From a virus, in the IMG/VR virus record IMGVR_UViG_3300049043_000117, positions 32,001 through 96,000 of that record: a stretch of 64,000 nucleotides of DNA; one strand, given 5' to 3'. Shown piece after piece: positions 52,986 through 63,322 of the stretch. Under the pieces are notes generated by a model, which searched no databases, had not been told where the DNA came from, and saw only the letters and a program-made list of their open reading frames with translations. Every line of letters starts with the position of its first letter. Within the stretch, counting starts at the first letter, position 1. The position numbers were made by a program, and so were the translations under genes.

Positions 52986-54879
52986 TTATCTCGTATATTT
53001 TCCGTTTAGATAACTTGATGTGGTTACATACTGTGTTGCAGAAGAATTTTCACCAGAACTTACAACATCTTCTATAATATTTACCAAAGATGTTTTGAAC
53101 ATCTAATTGTAAATATAAATCTTGAAGTCCTATAACATCATTAGACTCTGGAATTACTTGAACTTCTATAAATCCATTTACTCAACAGTGGATGCATGTT
53201 ATATTAACAACATCCAATCGAATTTCACCTCTAATATAATCAATTGTTCCTGCATTATTTTTAACAATCACAGGTAAATTATTTTCCAATTTAAAGAAGA
53301 ATATAATTCCAGTTTCTTTATCTGAACCGCAGATGTGACTATCTGACATATAAAGAACATCAGATAATCCATTGACAAAAAATCCTGTAGATTTTACAGA
53401 ATATCCATTTGTTCTAGTATGTATTCTGATTTCCAAAACAAAGTTCATAGGTTGCAAAAGTATTTAGTTCTAGGATTTAAATCTCTTCTCATCTTAACTT
53501 TTGTTATATTAGATGTAATCAGATTTGTCGCAGTCATCTATAAGTCCCACGACCTTACTATATTTAAATCTACCTCCAAAACTATTAACATCTTTAGAAT
53601 TTGAATAAGAAGTTAAAGTATTAATTACTTTTGTCTTAACAATTTCTGGATTACTTAATTGATTAACATTATAATAAACTGAGGTATCCAACTCAATATA
53701 CAAATAAGAAAGATCTACTATTTCGGGTCGAATGCCTGCAATTGAATATTTTCTAATTGTATTTAAAATAGTTTGTTTGGTAATTTGCGACAAAAATGTT
53801 CCGTTTCTTGGTTTTATAGAAATAAAAACTTTTCCATATTCTGGTGGATCTAATTCATCTCCCCCATAAGAATTAACAGATTCAACGTTTGGGTAAATAT
53901 ATGGAATCAACGACTTAATAATCATTAGAAGTTACCGCTCTATATTGAGATGCATAAACCTTTGGTGCAAAATATTTAATAGAATCAACGGATTCTATAT
54001 TCATCACCGTTTTCCGACTTAGACTGAGTTGTTAAGTAATGAAATTCCCGTGGTAATATCGAATAAATCATTATCTTTTCAATCTACCAGAAAATGTAAA
54101 GTTTGTAGCTCCATTTACCAGACTTCCATTGGTAACAATATAACTGATTTCAATTCTACTTCCATTGTGAGGGTTTTTTACCAATAATACCATCTCCAAA
54201 TCTTAATTTCGTATTTAGCATCTCCGACCTCCTGAATCAAGAAAATCTATTGAATCTTTTCCAATATTTAATAAAGTATCGTAACTGATTATATACCTCT
54301 GTTACTTGATTGGTGACTTTTACTCTGATGGTGGTTGTATCTACACCAATATTTGGCAAGATAAATCTTTGATTCTGTTCGAGATTCATCTACTATAAAA
54401 GTATTTGTTAAGTATACTCCTTCATAAATTTGCAAGTTATCAAATATAGCAACTCCATTAGTGTTTACGGGAGTAGTAATATCTTCTGGTATTGAAAAAA
54501 TATAATTTCCGTTTGTTACTGCACCGAAGCAACCTGTCCTGCAAGTAATTTTACAGTTCTGGCATTAGTTTGACTCATATCAACACTAAAGTTGACCAAT
54601 GCCCTTGAAGATCTTTTTGATCTTGGCAAATATCCAATGTTTCTAACAAGAGAAACTACATTTTCTCTAAGAGTTGCACTCTCCAAGAACATTTCATTAA
54701 CCGCCATATTTGAATTGTAGGCAGTTATGTAACTGTTATACGCTAATGAGATCAATTAAAATTGAAAAGTTAGATCCTTCAAAATCAAAATCAGTAAATT
54801 CACTATTTGCACGCAAATAATCTTTGATCTGAGTCTTAAGATCACTGAAATCTAAGTTTGTGAATTGATTGAATGACAT
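52986..54879 (-). CDS. gp6: Baseplate wedge subunit gp6-like; frameshifted
   Basis: MSFNQFTNLDFSDLKTQIKDYLRANSEFTDFDFEGSNFS; FLESATLRENVVSL; SIKYFAPKVYASQYRAVT; PPEYGKVFISIKP. Confidence 0.93.
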
Positions 54880-55278
54880 TAGACTCTAGTTGGTTGTAAT
54901 ATGAAGTCTATGGTTTGAGTTGGAGATGGAATTCCTACTATGGTGTAAGATATTCTTACGTTAATTTCATTAGATATCATCGGGATATGTAACCAACACC
55001 GAAGAAACTGAGACTCTTTTTTCAAAATTTTTCAAAAGAGTAGTGATGTTCAATTCCAAAGAGTACGCCATTTCTGGAGTTTGTAACTCAAACATGGAAT
55101 TTTCAACTTCAGAACCAAGGAGAGAATTAAAAAATCTCTCCCCTATCCGAGTTCTCACTAAATTAATAACGGATTTTTTAACAGCGTCATCATTATTAAG
55201 TGAAAGAATATCATTAGTTACAGGATTCCTTACAAAAGAGAGACTCACATCTTTAAATTTGCGAGAAATCCTAGTCAT
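54879..55278 (-). CDS. gp25: Baseplate wedge subunit gp25-like
   Basis: FKDVSLSFVRNPVTND..AVKKSVINLVRTRIGERFFNSLLGS..FEKRV; C-terminus FILQPTRV* after a frameshift. Confidence 0.93.
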
Positions 55279-55299
55279 TACTCAAACTAAGGGTATTTA

Positions 55300-55557
55300 T
55301 TATATGTATAAGACATTTTTACCACTTTCTCCATACATTGGTTCTGTTCCATACTCCCAATCATCGTAATCTTGATCATTACGAATTCTTTCGTGAAGTT
55401 CTGTTTGTTTTTTTAGATCATGTTTGGGTGCCGAATCATGCATAACTTCCTGAATTACTCTTTTTTCGGGAATTTTAACATAATCTGTAACTAAACTTGC
55501 GGTTCCCCACATTTTTTTCATGTAATCTTTGTCTCTATCGACTGGTAAATTTGACAT
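55300..55557 (-). CDS. Conserved cyanophage hypothetical protein
   Basis: Intact 85 aa ORF with SD AGGAG; MWGT..LVTDY motif. Confidence 0.7.
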   Translation of the reverse strand: MSNLPVDRDKDYMKKMWGTASLVTDYVKIPEKRVIQEVMHDSAPKHDLKKQTELHERIRNDQDYDDWEYGTEPMYGESGKNVLYI

Positions 55558-55786
55558 TTTAGCTCCTGATTTAGAAAATCAGAACTTTTTACGGGTTCCT
55601 ATTCCCGAAATGTCAGTTATCGTTTTTAAGTTCATCAACTTGATCATCCATAGACATTTTTTTAAGATGCGGCATATAATTTAATGCGACATTATATAAT
55701 TCTTTTTCTACATCATATAGATATTTTTCTGAAACGCCATCACTTTCCTTTTCTATGGTTGTCTGGTTTTGTTATTGAAATCCATT

Positions 55787-56254
55787 TCAATTCTCTTCCG
55801 TGTTTTTTTCTATGTATTTGTAATCTTTTCCTAAAATTTCTTTAAGATAGTCTTCTGTCCAATATGTATAATACTCTGTTTTTGCTAACTGTTTTCTAAT
55901 TTTATTTAATTTTATCTTAGATTGACATAAAATTAAATTGAATTTTTCATTATTCGTTTTTACGCCATTAATAAAAGTGTCTCTGGAAGACAAATCTGAG
56001 AAAAACTTATAATACGGAAACTTTTCGTTGTAAACGGTTACCCAATTTTCGACATGATCTGGTCTCCAAAAATCTTCAACAATAAAAATAATGACATCGT
56101 AGCCAGATTTGGGCACGATGTCATCAAGTGAAGTCTCTACAATTAAAGTTTTTGATGAGGAAGCATATGGACAAATCGCAAAACCGCCTAATTCCGGTCT
56201 ATTTTTAGATACTTTTTGTATCCATTTATGAATGTATGCCTCTTTTTCAGACAT
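55787..56254 (-). CDS. Conserved hypothetical protein
   Basis: Intact 155 aa ORF; PELGGFAICPYA and LAKTEYYTYW motifs. Confidence 0.7.
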   Translation of the reverse strand: MSEKEAYIHKWIQKVSKNRPELGGFAICPYASSSKTLIVETSLDDIVPKSGYDVIIFIVEDFWRPDHVENWVTVYNEKFPYYKFFSDLSSRDTFINGVKTNNEKFNLILCQSKIKLNKIRKQLAKTEYYTYWTEDYLKEILGKDYKYIEKNTEEN

Positions 56255-56457
56255 ATTAACCTGCGGCTAAGGGGATGCCTGGATTTGGTTTAGTTTGAAC
56301 GACGGTTCTTGCATTTGATGCAACATTGTAATCAAATACTTTTGCAGTTTCTGGAGTTTCTTCTGGAGAATCTGCAGCAGTTCGGACCTACTTTTGGCAT
56401 TGTTTCTGACATTTTCTATGCGATGCAATTAATTTAAAATTATTTAGACTTTTTCTT

Positions 56458-56606
56458 TTACTTACCTTGACCTCGATATACTTTTCGAGTCTTGTTACGC
56501 TCGTTGAAGAATATTTAGTTCCTTTTCCCATTCCTTGACGAGTTAATTTTGGTTTTCCCGCTACATAACCAGTCTTTACTAATCCACCTTTTGCTTTTAC
56601 TGTCAT
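56458..56606 (-). CDS. Small basic protein
   Basis: KPKLTRQGMGKGTKYSSTS..YRGQGK* after one frameshift. Confidence 0.6.
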
Positions 56607-56695
56607 TTTTCTAATATCTCACATATTGGTTTTATGCGCGCCGAATTTTGTTTTTGAACGCACGAACATCAGTCTCTAGGGTTCTAAGACCCGTA

Positions 56696-57451
56696 TCAAA
56701 GAATACGAGTCTTCTCATGACCTACACGAATCTTAGGATCGCACCAGATCTCAAAGCCCGCTGCCTCTGCGTCAAGACAGAAGGACACGTCCTCACCACA
56801 CATATCTTGAACCTCTCCGGAATCAAATACTTGCATCTTTGGAGCGAACCAAGGATACTCAAGAGATTCAAACACTCCATGTTTAATCAAAACCCAACCG
56901 AACCCAGTGTAGTCAACTGTAAATGGTTTGCGGCGTTTCTGCATTGTTTCACCAGTTTCATGATTCATAACTCCACCATTATTCTTGAAGTCATCTTCTT
57001 CTAACCAATGAGCAACCGAAGTTGTCTGACCATCTTCAGTCATATACCAACCTGCGGCAATATCCTTATCCATTGCAACAAGACGATAAAACTTTTCAGT
57101 ATCAAAGACAATATCGTTATCAATCCAGAGTTGATAGTCATACTTAAGTTTTCCATCCCATGGAATTTGTTTTGGTCCACGAAGAACATTTGCACCAAGA
57201 ACCTTGCATCGTGCAAAGTTTACCATGGAAGAATAGTCCTGTGAAATTTGAATGCAAGTGCACCGTTTTGGACAAGATCAAAACACAATTGGACAAATGC
57301 TTTGAGAAAAATATAAGAACAACCTCGACCAGGAAGACAGAAAATGATTGATTTTCCACGAATCATTTCTTTCGCAGAATTAATATCAAACTCTTCATCA
57401 TTTTTCTTCAGGAGTTGCGCTGCTAGCTTTAATTGTAAATCCTTTAGACAT
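56696..57451 (-). CDS. Glycosyltransferase-like (GT-A fold) conserved cyanophage protein
   Basis: FCLPGRG, SMVNFAR, YQLWIDNDIVF (DxD), VDYTGFGWVLIK, GEDVSFC..AGFEIWCDP..VGH. Confidence 0.75.
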
Positions 57452-57475
57452 AAAATTTAGAATTGCGACGTTACT

Positions 57476-57504
57476 ATTCTACCACTACAAATCAAATCAT
57501 GCAA
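57476..57504 (-). promoter_or_regulatory. Sigma70-type promoter
   Basis: TTGCAT-17 nt-TAGAAT with a TG extension, about 25 nt upstream of the GT-like ATG. Confidence 0.6.
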
Positions 57505-57710
57505 TGGTTTCTGTTCTTATTTAGAAGAAAACTTTAAATACATTCTTCTTCGATTTTGACTAACAAATCCTCAATTTCATTTTTGAGAGATTCGTTAATC
57601 ACCAACACTTTATCTGTATCCAAACGATATTGAAGACAATCGAGCAAAAGATCTTTTTCTTGATAATTTACCTTGAGTTCCATGTAATTAATAACAGTTC
57701 ATTTCAAAAA

Positions 57711-58324
57711 TTATATATGAATTTTAGTTATTTGCCGACATATCTTGCAATAGATCCAAGATATCTTTCCGGACTTGGTAATATCCTTTGTCACATTACT
57801 CAATGCTCCTACAGTCACATCATCAGTAATCTTTACATTATTCAAGACAGAAGACTTGAATTTAAATGTACAATTTTCGCAACCGTTGTCTTTCCAGCGA
57901 TTGCAACTCCAGAATGCAATACACAACTCGACCTAAATTTACATGATGTGCAACTAAACAATAACTTTCAATCCAACAATGATTTCCAATATGAGTGGAA
58001 TACAATGTCGAACTGAAAGGCCCAATGATGACTCCTTTACCAAGAGTACATGTATCACAAACTAGACTTGTCTCATGTGTACAAGTCACACAATCCAAAT
58101 TTAAGTCATCAATCGTCTGACATATTTTTTCTGAGTTGTGTATCAACACAAAATGAAACAATGTATTGATAATCATTCTGATTTGAAAGGCTCAAAAAAT
58201 CTTCTGGAGTCATTACCTCCATCGTATTTTGTGTTTGTAAAGAAATAAAATTAATTGCCGATTCTACCATGGAAGATTCGGAATAACCAATGACTTTAAT
58301 TGGTTTATGGTTTTCAATAATCAT
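57711..58324 (-). CDS. Hexapeptide-repeat sugar acetyltransferase (NeuD/PglD-like); frameshifted
   Basis: LGKGVIIGPF, THIGNHCWIESYCLVAHHVNLG, VKITDDVTVGALSNVTKDI left-handed beta-helix repeats. Confidence 0.8.
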
Positions 58325-58363
58325 AAAACTATCAGAATTAATGTATAAAGTATAGTAGAAAAT

Positions 58364-59501
58364 TCAAATATATGCAATTTCAATTTGTAAAAGATACATC
58401 AAAATGATTCAAGCTTGTTTAATTTGTTCGTGATTTCTAATTTTCTGTTTAGTCTTATCATACAAACCATCATCCATAATTTGGCAGTTCTGTTCAAATC
58501 TTTTTCGATTATCATTCCACAATTCACGAACATTTACAGAACCATTTAACAGATGTTCATTTCGATCAATTCCTGCAACCATTCTTTCAAAGTGATCTTC
58601 AATTTCATCATAACTATGATCGATAATGTCATCAAACATATCAATTTGCATGAACTTTCGTATCTCTCTGACAATTCCCGGTCCATTAATGTAAATTGGA
58701 AAGTTCTTCGCATAAACAGACTGAACTTCTTTTTCACTCAGAACTGGAGTATTTTCAAAGAACATTGTTCCGGTAATAATTTCAACAGCGATCTTTTCAA
58801 ACACAGGTAATAAATTTTGATTGTAATTGCTTGCAACTCAATCATTGCTGTAATCAAAATTACGTATCTTCAAATGTTTAAAATCTTTTGATTTGAATCG
58901 AACATAACCTTTTGCAAAATCACTTCTTAATTGATAGGTTGGTATTTTTGTAATATTTTTATATTGATCATATTTCACAAGCGTAGGCACATCCATGTTA
59001 AAAGTAATATACCCTCTGTTATAATAATCTTTCGATAATAAGTAACATACCGTCATTACTTTATGCACTTTAGTATCAGAATTTAACGATAACCAAGCAC
59101 TTTCTAAGATCTTTCTTTTCGCAATGTTTTAATCGTTCTGTATAACTTGTTGGAATAATTGTATCCAAATATAAGTTTGGAAATTTCACTTCCTTTGCAA
59201 GATTTAAATGAAGATTAAAAATAATAAAATCTTGTTCCGGATTATCTGCACAAAACTGCGTTAGTTCTTTAATTGCAGTATTATCGGTATTATCAATCAT
59301 TAAATCCATCACATTCAAAATCACAACTCGACTTTGAAAATTTATTTGATAAAGATCTTGAAACGATGACCCAGTTCCATATGGACAGAATAATAATTGA
59401 TAACATTCAACATCTTCGCTGAGAGTATACTCATCAAAAAAAGTTTCAAACGTATCTGTAAATGGTACTCCTGGGAATGAAGATAGTGTTTTGACTTTCA
59501 T
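58364..59501 (-). CDS. Hypothetical protein, possibly glycosyltransferase-like; frameshifted
   Basis: VEIITGTMFFENTPVLSEK...FPIYING...DMFDDIIDHSYDEIED..ERM C-terminal motif, common in phage sugar-gene islands. Confidence 0.5.
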
Positions 59502-59506
59502 TTTAG

Positions 59507-60070
59507 TTAAAAATACTTTTGATAAACTTCTTCTTCATTTGACAATCTCATAGACAGTAAAATTCTTGGTAACTTATGAGAGTCTAAAATTCTAACTCCA
59601 TGCAATTCCTTCACATTCATCAGTGTCGGAACATCTAAAACATATTTATCCACCTCATGACATTCATTTATATTATAATAAGTTCCCGTTCCCCATGAAT
59701 GTAAATGAACTGTTCCTTGAATGTCTTGATGATTTTTTTGATAGATGATTGTCTCTGCACTTGAACCATTTAAAATTGGCCAATTCAATCGAATTCTTTT
59801 TTGAATTGATGAATTGTTTGCATCCGTATGTATTGGAACTTCTGTATTTTGATTGACAAAAAGATACGATGCAAAGATAACTTCTGAATTTAATTCTTCC
59901 CGAATACATTCAAACAATTCTGGAATATCTTTTTTAAATTCTTCAAGGTTCTCTTCTGAAATTAAATTGTAAAATAATTTTTCTCTTTGACTTATGAAAT
60001 GAGTGATGTAAGGAACGATAAGTTCTTGAATTTCTTCAAAGGAGTCAATATCAAGTTGTTTATAATACAT
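59507..60070 (-). CDS. Putative cupin/Fe(II)-dioxygenase-like protein
   Basis: VPIHTD..IRLNWPILN..PTLMNVKELHGV..RILLSMR (HxD...H). Likely start is MYYKQL at 60070, with a CATAAATA late-type promoter at 60088-60095. Confidence 0.6.
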   Translation of the reverse strand: MYYKQLDIDSFEEIQELIVPYITHFISQREKLFYNLISEENLEEFKKDIPELFECIREELNSEVIFASYLFVNQNTEVPIHTDANNSSIQKRIRLNWPILNGSSAETIIYQKNHQDIQGTVHLHSWGTGTYYNINECHEVDKYVLDVPTLMNVKELHGVRILDSHKLPRILLSMRLSNEEEVYQKYF

Positions 60071-60332
60071 GAGAGAAGGTTTTGAGATATTTATGGCTGG
60101 CAAAAAAATTTTTGATTCTTGATGGCTTTTCGAGCGCTTTTTGGGGTCGTTATAGATTAGGGTAGTTAGCGTTTTTTCAAACGGGGCCACCGCGCCCGCG
60201 CTAACACAAACGCCCCGACAAACAACTGCCTCAAACTGTCATAAGCTGCACGAACACCGCTGCTCGTTCTCTGTTGTATTCGTGTCCCCTCCGATGACTC
60301 ATAAGCCTCAGAGGGAACATAAGCCTCACACC

Positions 60333-60580
60333 TCAGCCAGAAGTCTTGAAGTATGCCTGCACCATTGCCCTCAGTGACAGCATTCTGTGCATGTGTGGCA
60401 TGCCCATTGTATGCTTGACCTCGGCGGTTGGTGTTAGTCCGAGGGCCATTCGTGCGGCTGCATGATGAGTTCAGACTTCTTCAGCTTACGGGTGGGGAGC
60501 ACAGTGTACTTCAGCTGCCCCTGAACATCAGCAACCAGGAGCTCCAGTTTGCTTGCTTTGGAGATGTCAATGTTGGTCAT
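60333..60580 (-). CDS. Small early-type hypothetical protein; frameshifted
   Basis: MTNIDISKASKLELLVADVQGQLKYTVLPTRKLKKSEL...AYFKTSG*. Confidence 0.55.
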
Positions 60581-60621
60581 GATGTTGTTAGTTAAGGTGT
60601 GCAGTAAGAATAGACGAATGA

Positions 60622-60899
60622 TCAGAGCTCTTGCATCATCTCAAGCATCTCTGCTTCATTGATTTCTTCATCATCCCAACGAACACCATCCTTCGTGCTA
60701 CCCAACATGCGGCCAATCTGTCCATCAGTCATACAACGAACAAACTTAGCCCAAGGGGTCTCATCATCACCACAGAACTCAACACAAGCCTTTGCAGTGT
60801 TATACAGAAACTCATCATTTCCGATCCACAGAGCAGCATTCCAGGTCTCATAGTTACTCCAGCCGTTGTAGGTAACTGAGTGGTTTCGGTGTTGGTCAT
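60622..60899 (-). CDS. Conserved cyanophage early hypothetical protein
   Basis: YNGWSNYETWNAALWIGNDEFLY..TKDGVRWDD motif; SD GAGAGG and ATG at 60899. Confidence 0.7.
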
Positions 60900-61097
60900 G
60901 TGTGTTCCTCTCAACATGGCTGAGATACCAGGCTGGCTCCCTCTGGCGCATACTGTGGCCCAGTCATTTAACTGTCCACTATTCTCTCTGTTGTCAATGT
61001 TCTATGGTGGGCTCATGAGTCTTTGTGGCTTGAGACTTAACTTAAGCTGGCTCTAGAGGCTTAAGCACTCAGTCCCTTTATGCACTCCTACAGAGTT

Positions 61098-61127
61098 ATT
61101 ATAAGGCTTCAGAGGGACTTATGTCAA
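61098..61127 (-). promoter_or_regulatory. Consensus sigma70 (early) promoter
   Basis: TTGACA-18 nt-TATAAT on the minus strand. Confidence 0.8.
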
Positions 61128-61182
61128 GCTCACGAATGTGTGACCCTTAGAGTGCTCATTGAGCTTCTGTAGAATGCTTAAG

Positions 61183-61608
61183 TTTTCCACAGCTTTTCCA
61201 CAGGTTTGTTATACTTTTTCCACAGCCCTAAGTATAAGAACTCTGATGGCTTTTGAGAACTTGTGATAACCTGTGGAAAACTTATGCTGTGGAAAACTAT
61301 AAGAACTCGGAGGGGTCTGAGTGTTACTTTATGTGCGTCCGGAAACTTATGTCGGGGTGCCATTGCCAGTTTTAGCGGTCGTGTGATAGCCTGCACCCTT
61401 AGATCACAAGGTCTCAGAGCTTTCAAGAATGTTATCTCAGGAGCTTTCACTCTCACTAACACAAGGTCTCAGAGGCTTTATTATCAAACAAACACAAAGA
61501 TTAGAAAGCGATTGAATGTCGTCTAAATGAGAAAGCTATCTAAACAAAGCTTTAACAAAGCCATGTTTTAGCCATTTATTTAAGCCCTTTTTCCACAGCT
61601 TTTCCACA
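61183..61608. repeat. Cluster of seven perfect TTTTCCACA (cyanobacterial DnaA-box) motifs
   Basis: Plus strand: 61183, 61194, 61216, 61589, 61600. Reverse (TGTGGAAAA): 61272, 61288. Near-box TGTGATAA at 61262. Confidence 0.85.
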
Positions 61609-62060
61609 ACCTTGTTAAAAAACTATCGTAACTCATCAACAACAACTCGTGAAGCACTAAGAGTATGTAACTCCACTCCTCTCTAGTTGTTGTCTTCAGT
61701 GGAGAACTCACGGGATCATAACTCTCAAACTCTACAACACCCTGAGCATAATCATCATAGAACAGCTCTTCATTCTCGTAGTGACTTTGATCGTTCATTT
61801 CCTGTGAGAAAAACTCTTGAACATCGTCTCTCCATTAGTTGCTCCTCCGAGTCTTATACTCTCCGAGATTCTCGACATAAACCTCGTTGACCTGATTCGT
61901 TTACCTTTAAGTTCCAGAAGCTCACGCCAATTCCACTCTTTCAGGCTCTACGCAATTTGTAGCATCAACTGTGAAGTCAAGAGTAACCCGGTAGCGCGTA
62001 ACTTTGTCGTTGATTGTTTGCATTATGAGATGTCCTTTGAGTGTAACAAACTACAAGACT

Positions 62061-62090
62061 ATTTTATACGATTAGGAGGCTACATGTCAA
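62061..62090 (-). promoter_or_regulatory. Sigma70 (early) promoter
   Basis: TTGACA-18 nt-TAAAAT upstream of a small ORF starting MQTINDKVTRYRVTLDF at 62023. Confidence 0.65.
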
Positions 62091-62225
62091 TCATTTGTTT
62101 GTACTTTGTGACATTGATCTGCGAAGTATTCGGCATAACTGGGGTTAGCACAGCTATCACGCCATGTCAGAGAAAATGAGGAGGCTGAGGTGGACGATTG
62201 CGATAGCGAATGAGGTGGCGTTTTT

Positions 62226-62408
62226 TCATGCGTTGTTAATCAAATCTTGTTCAATCTGTTGGAGCATGGTATCAGTCCAAGCTTGTGGATCTACGAGACC
62301 TTTGTTTGCGTAGAGTTGTGTATACCGAAGGGCGTAAAGATCAGGGTTTAAGTGTTGCAACTCTTCAAGAGTTTGAGCAATTCGGACATTCAATGTGTGA
62401 TTAGTCAT
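62226..62408 (-). CDS. Small early-type hypothetical protein
   Basis: Intact 60 aa ORF overlapping the stop of the upstream ORF. Confidence 0.6.
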   Translation of the reverse strand: MTNHTLNVRIAQTLEELQHLNPDLYALRYTQLYANKGLVDPQAWTDTMLQQIEQDLINNA

Positions 62409-62568
62409 GATGAAGAATGGCGATCATTTTGTCATGGTAGGCATCAGCTTCAACCTCACATTGATGAGATTGAGTAGCATCATCAATCTCGTATTGTTTG
62501 AGGTTTAGAGTGTGAATGACATCTGATAAAAGTTCAACGAGTGCATCAAGCTTTTGAGTATCAGTCAT
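62401..62568 (-). CDS. Small early-type hypothetical protein
   Basis: MTDTQKLDALVELLSDVIHTLNLKQYEIDDATQSHQCEVEADAYHDKMIAILHHD*. Confidence 0.6.
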   Translation of the reverse strand: MTDTQKLDALVELLSDVIHTLNLKQYEIDDATQSHQCEVEADAYHDKMIAILHHD

Positions 62569-62900
62569 TCTTTGTGTTCCAAACTTTTTCGTGTCGTGTC
62601 ACTTCATGAGCACACTTAGAGCAATGAAGAACACCATCCCAATCATCATGAATGCTCGTTTCTTTATAGTAACCTTCACCACACTTTTTGCAAGTTTGAT
62701 TCAGGTGATCGTGCATTGTATAGAGATTGAGCTGATTTTGGATCAGTCATCATTTGGATTCACCTCTTTGAGAACTTGAGTGAACAATTCAATCGCCAGC
62801 TCGTCTGGCATTGTCTTTCTTCATTCTGTAAATGTAGAACTCCAATCGCTTCAACGATCGCTTGTTGTTTGAGTTCTTCCCAGGTCGGCTTTGTCATGAT

Positions 62901-63229
62901 TCACACTCCCAGATCAACAAGCTTCAGAAACACATTGGGAAGAGCAATCGTCTCACCATTCACCTTGTAAGAGAGCGAATGCCACCCTTGACAGTAGGAG
63001 CACAACGGCAATACAGAGCAACTTCATTCACCTTAGCTCCATCAGCATTGTGAAGCGGAAAGTACGTGAACACACTCTCCAGCGATGTAGCGAGCTTTGG
63101 AGCGAGGATCAACAACCACAGTGGCAGTTCAACCGATCAATGATACCATTGCGGGCATCGTAGTTGTCTTTCGCAAGCTTCGCAGTCAGACCGATCTGCT
63201 TCTTGAATGGCTTGGATGGTCAGGGACAT
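62901..63229 (-). CDS. Early-type hypothetical protein; frameshifted
   Basis: MSLTIQA..KKQIGLTAKLAKDNYDARNG...YKVNGETIALPNVFLKLVDLGV*. Confidence 0.5.
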
Positions 63230-63322
63230 TTGGATCTCTCTCAATGTAGCCGAGATACACGATCTGGCTGGGTTCGGCGTGTTTCATGGACAAGCCCACC
63301 AACTGGGCCCATTGCTACACCA

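Noticed and set aside
1-55278. Mass pseudogenisation or programmed frameshifting of structural genes
   Set aside because: Breaks hit every essential gene at irregular sites while the protein motifs stay intact on both sides. This fits long-read indel error, not decay or recoding.
422-58810. Numerous plus-strand ORFs opposite structural genes (for example 422-757, 21842-22174, 41513-41881, 55043-55369, 56648-57004)
   Set aside because: These are antisense shadows of well-supported minus-strand genes, with no motifs or ribosome-binding sites.
59507-60190. 227 aa version of the dioxygenase-like ORF starting at 60190
   Set aside because: The extension runs through the structured boundary element and a late-type promoter. 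ATG 60070 is the more plausible start.
61178-61526. ORFs 61178-61462 (-) and 61263-61526 (+) as real genes
   Set aside because: They have non-ATG starts and no SD, overlap on opposite strands, and their LWK/VEK repeats are simply translations of the DnaA-box motifs.
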